Below, piece after piece: positions 53,346-64,000 of a stretch of DNA of 64,000 nucleotides (position 1 is its first letter; each line of letters starts with the position of its first letter). A model generated the notes under the pieces. That model ran no database searches. It was not told the origin of the DNA and was given only the letters and a program-made list of their open reading frames with translations. The position numbers and the translations under genes are program-made. The DNA is from Octopus sinensis (taxonomy: Eukaryota): positions 34,100,001 through 34,164,000 of the forward strand of contig NC_043015.1 of NCBI RefSeq assembly GCF_006345805.1, given 5' to 3'.

Positions 53346-54019
53346 TCATCGTCTTTATTCTTCTTGATGAATTCCTAAATAGTCTATTACGTCAGCAAAT
53401 TTCAAGTGTTCTGTGCAAAAATAACGGTTTTTAATAGTTATCAACGCTGAATAAACCGATATCAAAGACTCTGCGACGGTTTAACAAAAGATACTAAACG
53501 AAGGAAAGCATTGGTTAATTATAGACATTTCCAAACTAATCATCAATTCGTGTTCTTTAATTTTCTTTACGAAAGAACTAACCAGAAATTATCGCACAAT
53601 CGCATTCAGTCATTCGTGTTTGCCTGACACGAGGCTCTGTCAGGAAGAAGTAATGTGAGAATGGTTCAGTCACCTTCAAAGAATTGCATTTGGTATTCCT
53701 ACCTATATTCAAAGAATCAATCAATAGCCCAACTAGAATGCGATTACTTTTCCCGCCGAAAATCTGCATTTTCTAATGGTGTTCTGCAATAGAAATATCG
53801 CAGTTGTTGCTGTCAATATGTTCATGGTTGGGGAATACTGGCAAAACAAGACGCCATTTGTGGTAGGACGATGGCGGTAAAATGGCGTGGCGTTCGAATG
53901 TGTGATGAAAGCGAATGCCACTGACGGACAGACACGCACACACACATAAATAGATATGTACGTGTGTGCACGCGTGTATGTGCATTTGGGTAGGTTTGTT
54001 TGAGTTGCCGTATTTGTGC

Positions 54020-54059
<40 letters not shown>

Positions 54060-54069
54060 ATATGTGTGT

Positions 54070-54134
<65 letters not shown>

Positions 54135-54194
54135 GTGTGTGTGTGTGTATATATATATACATGTATATATATATATGTGTATATGTATATATAT

Positions 54195-54236
<42 letters not shown>

Positions 54237-54237
54237 A

Positions 54238-54282
<45 letters not shown>

Positions 54283-56033
54283 GGAGTGGATAGCTGGGTC
54301 GATATTTATTTACTGTATATTCTATACACTTTAAATGTGGGGTGCATATGTTCTGCCGCCCCAAAAATGTCTAACACACCGAACAGAAATCTTCACCGAC
54401 AAATTAACATATTTGTTTTTATTGCGTTGATTTTTTTTCTGACGGTTGGATTGCCAGTGGTTTCCTAGGATTCAAGTGATTATATTTATATACAGTAACA
54501 TATTTATAGATGTTGGTACAATAAATATGAGACTACTGTGTCGAATCAAGTTTAGTTCCTGAACAGAATCTACTAAACATTCGAAACGTTGTCACGTGTT
54601 ATTAGCTATGGGAATCGAAGGAACTAAACAATAATATTTCATTTGACATACGATCATGACTGAATTATCTTCCAGTACAATATATTCATAGAGATACTTC
54701 TGGTCATCATACAAATGTATTATGTCAGGTTTAAAGCTTTAAGAATTTGTTACAAGTTCAGTAACTTTCGACGTCTCAGTTAGCATTTGTAGGAAATGTC
54801 GTCAATCACTGGAAAGATACTTTTGAAATGACCCAATCAAAGGAACAATTGCAGAACGTAAAAGTGAAATATGGAGATATTAACGTAAGATCTGTGTGTC
54901 TGAATGTAATAAGAGATAGGAAATCATTCTGTTCAAATGCCAGTTTATTATATGCAACATGTTATCTTCATAGAAATCCTTAGACGAAAGCCGATAAACA
55001 GACGATGTTATTTCAACAAAATCACATACCAGGTAGCGATTATAGCCGATGGTTATGCAAATATTTTACAGTTAATGATACAGCGATATCTTAAAATAAG
55101 TATTCGCATCTGTTTACTGGAAAATTCGATTCGAATCGACGCACCTTTTTAAGCACCTAATTGACCATAAACGTTCATCTTAATTCCTAGAACCCATGAG
55201 ATTCAAATATATTAGTATAGTGTTGAAGGTGTTTTCTCTTAAGCAATTTTGAATCAATTCCAAGTAAACAGTGCCATCCAGTGCCAGTGTTTCGTAAATA
55301 CTAACGATTTCGTGCGTGTGAGTGTGTTTAGACCAGCAATGTAACAAATCACTTCACATACAACCATTACAGAAACGTCTGAACTAATAATCATTATTTT
55401 TAATAACAATTTCACTCGCGTGTGGAGGCAGTAATTTTCTGTTTAAACAACTCCGTCATTTGGTTTCGATTCTGAATTAAAGCTGCTTTACCTACATCGA
55501 TCATTTATTTACCTTCGTCATCGAGAAGACCACACAACCTTATTTTCCTTCCAGTGTCACATCATAGTTATTGACAAATGATTAATTTTCGCTACAATCA
55601 CAGCCTCATAATAATTCAGTTAGTGCGGAATTATTGCTGTTGATGTTGTTGATGCCATTGTTGTCGTTGGTGCCATTGTGGTTTTATTTTATTTTATTTT
55701 ATTTTATCTAGTTTCAGCTCACGAGCTGTGGCCATGCTTCTTTAGAACCCGTCTAAGCTGCGATTGAATCGGTCTATAATCAGCTGTGAACATCCGTCTT
55801 TTGCCCTGGCATAGAAAATCCAGACCCAAATTAACTGATACGTCCTTCATTTCCAAGTTAGTAGGACAAGATCTGAAGACGGCCTGACTGCCATTTCTAT
55901 ACAGTCAGCTAACCACATGGAGAAATCTTCGTTGGTTAGAGAGATAGAGAGCTGCACTGCAATGGTAAATAGATATAGTAGCGAGGAAGAGTTATGTGGA
56001 GAGCGATTGTAGAAAGATAGATTGATCGAGAAA

Positions 56034-56360
56034 CGAGGATGGGCTGAAAAGTTCAATGGTTGATTATGAAGGATCGATGTTACAACTGTGGAGTCTTGAA
56101 TGCATTCATTTCAACGCTTCTTATTAATAACTGCATTGTTTATTTGCAGGTAAACAGAGATCCGATTCTTCAAAAAAGACTTCTAAAATAATTCGTTGCG
56201 ACTACTCTTAAGATGGCCAAAATTTAGCACCATAGTGTTATCAAGTACCTGTTGAAAAAAGGGTTTAGCCCCCAAGGACATTCATTCTGACATGACTGCT
56301 ACATTAGGAGATGACGCTCCAGTTTTATCAACAGTACAAAAGTGAGCAACTGAATTTCTC
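56034..56360 (+). mobile_element. Mariner 5' fragment, same family as 51500-51797
   Basis: TIR cgaggatgggctgaaaagttca; from ATG 56213 MAKI*HHSVIKYLLKKGLAPKDIHSDMTATLGDDAPVLSTVQK*ATEF. Confidence 0.87.
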
Positions 56361-56458
56361 AAATATGGTAATTAGATTCACTCATCAAAAATAGGGTTTT
56401 ATTGCACTGGATTTTTCCTTAATTATAGATCTCCACGAACACCAGGTATGAACCCTCC

Positions 56459-56507
<49 letters not shown>

Positions 56508-56772
56508 TTTTCATATGTATTTCGTATGTATGCATGGCCGGCTGGCTGCTTGGCTGGGTGGATAGATAGATTGATGGATGAATGGGTGCCAGGGATATAC
56601 AGCATTTCAAAAATCTCCGGATGCTGTTAACAATAACACTTATCTGATAATGCCAACATCTTTTTACATTTTCATTCACTTGCGATTCTATAAAAAATAA
56701 ATCAGCACACACACCACAATCATATTGTGTGTGTGCGTGTATTGGTATAGAAATTATAAGTATACATGTATA

Positions 56773-56830
<58 letters not shown>

Positions 56831-56847
56831 ATTTAGATTATATATTT

Positions 56848-56882
<35 letters not shown>

Positions 56883-57080
56883 CACACACATACATGTATA
56901 CATGTATACATAAGAGTGTGTATTTGTATGTGCAAAAATATACTATAGAAAATAACACAATGAAGCAGAATTTACCCAGTCGTCACCATCCTAAATATAA
57001 CTTCTGTATCAATACAAATAACAACCTAAAACAAGTTCATCCTTCACAGAGGCAAAAGAAATATATATCTATGAACGTGC

Positions 57081-57180
57081 NNNNNNNNNNNNNNNNNNNN
57101 NNNNNNNNNNNNNNNNNNNNNNNNNNNNNNNNNNNNNNNNNNNNNNNNNNNNNNNNNNNNNNNNNNNNNNNNNNNNNNNN
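57081..57180. other. Assembly gap (100 N)
   Basis: Run of n; true length and contiguity across it are unknown. Confidence 0.99.
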
Positions 57181-57575
57181 AATATTAATCGGACACAGAC
57201 TGTGTGTCGTTAGCTAGCTGGAGGAGATGTCTTCCTTGGGCTATAAACAACAGTAGCCACTGTCCTGTATTGGACGCGACACTTAGGTGGCAAATATATG
57301 TTATGATATATATATATATATATATAATATATTATATATATATATATATATAATATATATATATATTTGAAAGTCTATGAGAATCACTTAATACAGTTTG
57401 AAGTGTAAAGGTAAGTTTTTACAAAAATTATTTTTTATAAAAATGTTATGAAACCAGGATATTACTTATCTTTTTTGGGAAAGAAGGTTTTCTAGTGTGT
57501 GAGGGCTTTCGTGATATATATAATTATAGATATATATATATTGTATATAATTATAAATATATAATATATATATAG

Positions 57576-57609
<34 letters not shown>

Positions 57610-57867
57610 TATATATTATATATCATATATTAATAATATTTATATGCACTCAATCACACATATTATCTATTTACTGTGATTCTGCGTGGGTCGATACTCG
57701 GAGATCTCCATTCCCAGTATTGTATGTGTGTGTGTGTCTGAGTGTCGGTGTGTGTCTGTGTGTGTGAGTGTGTGTGTGTGGTGTGGCGTGTGTGGGGTGC
57801 GTGCATGGGTAGTGCGTGCGTGCGTGCGCATGTGTTTATGTATGTATGTATTGGCACCTCTTATATG

Positions 57868-57912
<45 letters not shown>

Positions 57913-58953
57913 TATACATACATATATACTTTATTACATTCGTTGTGTATTTGTGACTATGTTTCACGTCTACAAAAGTATAAGTAAGGAAAGAAAAGTC
58001 ACGCAGCAATCTGATATTGAGTATATGAAAATGTCAACCGGAAATCGACTTCTTTTTTCTTCCGGTCTACATTGACTCTTCGGTGGAATCAAACTACCCA
58101 TTGTGACAAACCATATTAGCTGATTTATATCTTTATGTTTATCGGAAAGCCAATGTTGCCATTAATACACATACAGAGAATCAATAGCAGCATTGATACT
58201 ACTAATAATACGAATAATAAATGATAGCAGTGGTGATCGATATTTCGGTATTAGAAATATGCCTATTTCTGGGTGTGTGTGAGCTAGCATGCACGATCCC
58301 TAATATCTATAAAACTATTGTTACATTAATATTGAATGTGTCACCGAAATGTCGATCATAATCGAATGTTATCCAAATCTTCATTGTCTGACCGTTTTCC
58401 ATCATTGCTTTTTCCAACCTTCTACATAACACCTTTGTCCTTTTCGACTTTCCAATACGAACGGAGATATTATTCAAGTCGTTTGAATTGCATACAGTTA
58501 TGTGTGTGTGCGTGGATATGTTGGTTTCTATTATATCGTCTTGTGTGCACGATTGTGTGAGTGCAAGAATATACAAGATCATTCTATACATCAAATGCAT
58601 TGTTATGATTCCGACTATATTTGCTATACTGCAGAGAACAGACGAAAGTTTACAGTGAACATTGTCACCTTATGGATATATTTGATTTATAAAATATAAT
58701 AAACGATATATCCAAGTTTTTTTCTTTACTTTCTCATATTTTCCAGATTGGTTATTGAATATCTGACTCTCTCACAGACTGGAATGTTGTATTCATGAGA
58801 CGGAACGGTGAATAGACAAAATGGCAAGCTAATCGTAGACTTTTGAATGATAGTTAACAAGGATGAATAGCAGTCTAGAAGACATGAGTTCAAATTTAGT
58901 TGATGGCAATATACACATACATACATACATACATACATACATACATACATACA

Positions 58954-58984
<31 letters not shown>

Positions 58985-59835
58985 GTAAGTACTACATAGA
59001 TGTGTGTATGTGTGTGCGCGCGTGCATAAGTAAATAGACAGCACAGGATTTTGAGCTATTGACGGGAGGAAATTGAAATTGTCTGAAGTTCATGTCTTTT
59101 TCGAAGATCTGCTTTGCACGGCTATGTCTAATTTTAAAAATCTGCAAATGCCGGGGAAAAGGTTAAATTTTGATAGCATCGAAATAATTATGGCTAAGTT
59201 AACAGTTTTCATACAAATCCTGTGAAAATTAATTACAATGAACTTTCTGCTGATTAATTAACTAATTAAGTAATTAATTAATTTATTGATAGTTTAATTA
59301 TCTCAGTTGGTCATACAAGTTGGTATTGACATTGTGTCGCAAATAAGAATTACTGTCTCTTTTGAATAGACGTATCACGTGATATGACGTTGTTGAGACT
59401 GATTAGCCTCAGACCACTCCCAATCGGCCGATGGTGCATCTAGAACCAAATTGTGTCTTTTCCATTTTAAGACGATAGGTTTGAGGGAAATTTAACGACT
59501 GCTTCAGCTCGCCCGGTGACGCGTAAAGATGCCACAAGTAATAGAAACATAGTCACTGCTAGTAGTAACTAACGTTGTTATTTTCACTATCGATGTTGTT
59601 GCTAACGTTGACGTTTATGTTGCTATTAGTGTAGTTGCTACCGATTGTAGCATCAAAGATAAAAATTCCCTCCAGTTTACATTGTCTGTCTTATAATAAA
59701 ATTCGGCACAGCTACGAACTGGTACTTGACATAGTTTTACGGAATGGTAGCGCGACAACGACCAGGTCGCAGTCGTGTGCCGAAAATTTTGACACCTGAA
59801 GAAGCGCGCGCGTACACAGACACACAGACACACAG

Positions 59836-59887
<52 letters not shown>

Positions 59888-60994
59888 TACACACACACAC
59901 ACAAGTGCATAGTACTTTCTTGAATTATCCAGTCTAGCCGGAAGCGCAGACGACCCAAACTTGTTCAGTTGAGCAGGAAATGTCGAAGTAATGGTAGAAA
60001 TGAGAGAGGTTGGAAGAAAGCTCGCCAATAAATTATGTTTGTAGCGTGTTACTGCTTGAAAGCGAATGACGTATTTAGGGTTGCATGCAGAAAAGCACGT
60101 AAAGAATAATAATTAGCTATCAACGAAGAGGAAAGACGGCAAAGGAAAAATAACTCTCTCCATATTCTGGGTGCTGATTGCAGCTGAACCAATTCAGCAT
60201 CTGAATTAGTGCAGTGATTTGACTATCTGCTGCAAGGAAAATGGCCGGCTGCTTGTTTTCTAAAGAGTGCTAAATTGAGAAAAATCATGGCTCATTATTT
60301 CTTCATCATGGACAGAGAATTATAGAAAGAAGGAGGAAAAACACATCTACATTGATCTTAGATAATAGACATTTATTCCGCATTAGGAAATCAGTTTGGT
60401 GGTAAATGGAGTGTGTTTAGAGCGGCGTCAATTGACAGAAGCGCTGATCGTAACTGAACAACGCCAAGAAATGGAACGAGTGTTTGGAAAAATGTAGATA
60501 AGTTTCTCAGGAACATTCAGATTGAGATTTACACCTACGTATGCGCAAATACACTCAAACACACATATACACACCTAACATTGATACATAAGGCAAATGT
60601 ATTGACTGCACAAACGTACAGCATAATGTGTATGTGTGTTTGTATACATATACGTGCATTCGTACAGATGTGTGTGTGTGTGTGTGCGTGTGTTATATTG
60701 GTACTGCTTTTCCTGTGCATATACATAAATGTAGTTGTTTTCCAAAAAAAAGTGATCTTCATACTTGAGGCTATTATGGAGCTATAATGTGTTATTCAGG
60801 CACTCAATTATAAGTTCACCGCATCTTGTAGCGGAAACAGCTGTGAGCTAATGAAGTTCATAAGATAATCGTTTATTCCTTTGCCATCTCTTTTTGCCTT
60901 ATTATCGCCCCCTGCGCTTCACTAACGCTTCATCAAGAAACACGCGTATATTCAGTCTACACCAGGTTAGGGTATCGTAAGGCCTAAGCGAAAT

Positions 60995-61035
<41 letters not shown>

Positions 61036-61149
61036 TATATATATATATATAGATGTGTGTGTGGGTGGGTGTGTGTGTGTGTGTGTGCGTGCGCGCGTGG
61101 TGTGTGCGCGCGTGTGTGTACAAATAAATATTCTTTTATTTTTTAATCG

Positions 61150-61320
61150 GTTTCAGTCATTTGACGGCGGCCTTGCTGGAGCACCGCCTTTAGTCGAATA
61201 AATCGACCCCAGGACTTATTCTTTGTAAGCCTAGTACTATTCTATCAGTCTCTTTTGCCGAACCGCTAAGTTACATGGATGCAAACACACAAATATCGGT
61301 GTCAAGAGATGGAAGGTGGA
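61150..61320 (-). mobile_element. tRNA-derived SINE body (4226/5781 family)
   Basis: gtttcagtcatttgacggcggccttgctggagcaccgcctttagtcgaataaatcgaccccagg..., near-colinear with 5814-5985. Confidence 0.88.
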
Positions 61321-62769
61321 CAAATACAGACACGAAACATACATACAGTCACTCCTACATATATATATATATATATATATAGATATATATATATATTATA
61401 TATAATGTATACCACACAGCTCCTCCTACATATATATGCATACATCACACACACACACACATACGCACAAACATAAACCCCACACATATATATAGTGAGT
61501 GAGAAATATGGAGAGAGAGAGAGCGGGTGGGAGAGAGAGAGAGAAATTATCTATTTCAAGAAACAGATATCGTCTGGCAATTATTATAAATAGATAAGCG
61601 GAACAGTTGGTAAAAAAATACAAGAATCTGTCCAAAAAACAGAAAAATAATAAGTTTAGCGAATATTATCAAAAAAAAATTGGGAAAGTTTCTTCAAAGA
61701 TGGTGGTTAAACGTAATGTTAGAATCAGGAGTACTATTCATTCCCCAAAACTACTGTTTCAGAAAAATCTACGTTATTTCATTAGAAAAGAGAGCGAAAG
61801 AATGTTATAATATTAATCATTGCTTACAATCGCCTATTTAGTGTTCAATTTGTAAACTGTTTAGGTGTTGTCTGTAGTCTTGTTATAACAGTTACGTCGT
61901 CTTTAGAACTCTTCAGTGTCAGCCATATTAATGCTTAACAGAGCTCAGGACCAAATAGAATTGATTGAAAACCGGCTGACCCTTTTCATTGAGACAACTG
62001 CCAGGATGAACCGATATAGGAAAGAAAGGTTAAATAGTGAGAAGATTAAAAAGCGGAGAAACATGAAAGAACAAATCATCTGCAATAATATATGGTAGAA
62101 TATGTGCAACAGTTCAAAGAGAATATAAAGAGAGGCAGAAAGATGAGAAATAGGAAAAATGAAATTACAAATTCAAAACACTCGTTTTCTATGGCAAAAT
62201 TCTTGCTAACATCTATACACTGCTGTATAAATGCGTATATTAGCTAATGTGATCGATACAGTTGTTTAGGTTGATTTCCAAATTCAGGAGGCTTCGTGTA
62301 TATTTAATGATAAAAGTACTTACAAAGCAGTAACTTATTCAACTGGGGACACTGATTTGTAAGAGGTGCAATGGTAGACAGGTTTTTTTCAACTTATAAT
62401 TCCAATTTGGAATTCTTTGAAAGACCTGATAGGAATTTTTCCTGCTTAGATTTGTGGCTATTAAAAAGTCGTAAAATTAATTTTACCACAGAGGTAGCTG
62501 TTACAATGGTAGACCTACTACAAGTCATCCATAACTATTCTTGGATTTTTGTACAGTTTAAATTAATAGTGGTTGATATAATTTATCCTATTTTCGCCGG
62601 CATACTCTATAGAAAAACTTTAACTTCATACATTATAGAACCTTAAATCGTATATATAGCCGCCATCTACGTATTACCTAACCACACAACATCCACAGAC
62701 CCTCCTTTCAACAACAAAATTTTCTACGAAGTTAATATTTATAGACTAAGTCTATCTAGTCTTAGTCAA

Positions 62770-63170
62770 CAGAGTTGTCTGTATGGTAAAATCTCAACAG
62801 ACTATATTACCGACATCTATAGACTGTGTCTAACTTCGCGATATTTACAGACAGTTTCTGTCCAATCAGCAACAACAGACTGGTATGTCTAGTCAACAAC
62901 AACAGACTATTCTATGCCTTCAACCGCATCAGACTGTGTCTATCCAGGTAACAACAGACAAATGTATCCATTCAACATTTACAGTCTTTCAACAGCAACG
63001 GACTGTGTCCATTGGTCAACAACAATGCATCGTGTCTCTTCAAGTTAACATCAAGATACTCTGTCTTTCTATTTCCCATCAACAGACCGTGGCTGCCTGT
63101 ACAGACAACTACTATTACGTATCCGGTCATTACACACTATTTCTAAATGTGCAGCAACATCTATTTTCAG
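62770..63170. repeat. Degenerate minisatellite, about 24-27 bp unit CAACAGACTGTGTCTA
   Basis: About a dozen diverged units: caacagactatatt / atagactgtgtcta / caacaacagactggtatg / atcagactgtgtctatcc / caacggactgtgtcc. Confidence 0.7.
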
Positions 63171-63770
63171 CAAATCGGTGAGGGGGGTGGGATATAATCA
63201 AGTAAAAAAATAGTTATTTAGATATTCATTGGCGATACAGTAAGAAACTTCGATAAGAGCAAATGAATTTAGCGCGGTGAACAGTGAGTCATGCAATTCT
63301 CTTAGATGACGCTGTCATTGCTATACCCCAACTAAACAGGTTGAGCCATTTCGCCGAAACATTCTGTCATTTAATAATTATATCTGCAAAGATCAATAAT
63401 GCAAGACCACAGAAAAAAAATATTAGAACTGTTCATGAAATCCCTGCTTCGTATTGATCTCGGAATAATATTAAAGTGGTATCTTTGTTTCTAGAAGCCT
63501 ATCATATTTTAATATATTCCACCCATGAGGGAAAACAACACTATAATCACTCCGTTGATGTTGTCGGTCAGCTTTATATTAAAGGACAAAATAAGGAAGC
63601 AATATATATTTTATACACTTTGTTATTAATACATTTGAGAAATACAGTAACTCGGCCTCCTCGACTCTAAAATCAATGATCTTACGGCCCAAACCAGAAA
63701 TCCATCTCTTTTCTCTCACTCTCTTGCTTTCTCTCTCTCTCTCTCTCTCTCTCTCCTCATATATATATAT

Positions 63771-63816
<46 letters not shown>

Positions 63817-63942
63817 ATATTATGCAATATATATCATGTGTATAGATGTGTATGTATATATATATATGTATGTATGTATGTATCTCTCTCTCTTTCTCTC
63901 TCTTCTTCTCCTTTCTTTTCTCTCTCTCTCTCTCTCTCTCTC

Positions 63943-63985
<43 letters not shown>

Positions 63986-64000
63986 CAGGAGTTAGACAAA

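Noticed and set aside
54555-54596. ctgaaca-gaat...attc-gaaacgtt, resembling a hammerhead
   Set aside because: Core G8 is changed, the extra purine is missing and stem I does not pair; could be a very decayed copy or chance.
61916-62098. Possible exon (cag/tgtcagcc...gaaag/gttaaa) encoding SAILMLNRAQDQIELIENRL...
   Set aside because: Weak splice signals and no homology I can recognise.

Overview
AT-rich eukaryotic DNA, saturated with microsatellites ((TA)n, (CA)n, (TATG)n, (TAA)n, (CAT)n), with one 100-N assembly gap. The repeat repertoire (tRNA-derived SINEs ending in (TAAAAGA)n, RTE tails, R4/Dong-type LINEs) resembles what I know of octopod cephalopod genomes. That assignment is pattern recognition, not a database result. 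I found no host protein-coding exon I can support, so the window reads as an intron or gene desert, and most ORF-track entries are translated microsatellites. Supportable content is decayed mobile DNA: one near full-length Tc1 transposase pseudogene, two mariner 5' fragments, a hAT (SPIN/GTF2IRD2-type) remnant, hAT MITEs, a Helitron helicase remnant, five R4/Dong RT/REL fragments, RTE, Tx1 and CRE fragments, and many SINE copies. The most interesting signal is invisible in the ORF track: six minimal type I hammerhead-ribozyme-like motifs from at least three repeat families (31362+, 32234+, 39095-, 48432-, 50063-, 50170+). They share short stem I, a CUGANGA-like core plus one purine, stem II, GAA and a palindromic stem III. 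Three sit in short units that end in TA-rich microsatellite and share a second downstream motif, and two form the arms of a 380-bp palindrome. Only the 50063 copy has an intact canonical core. Cleavage activity is untested.
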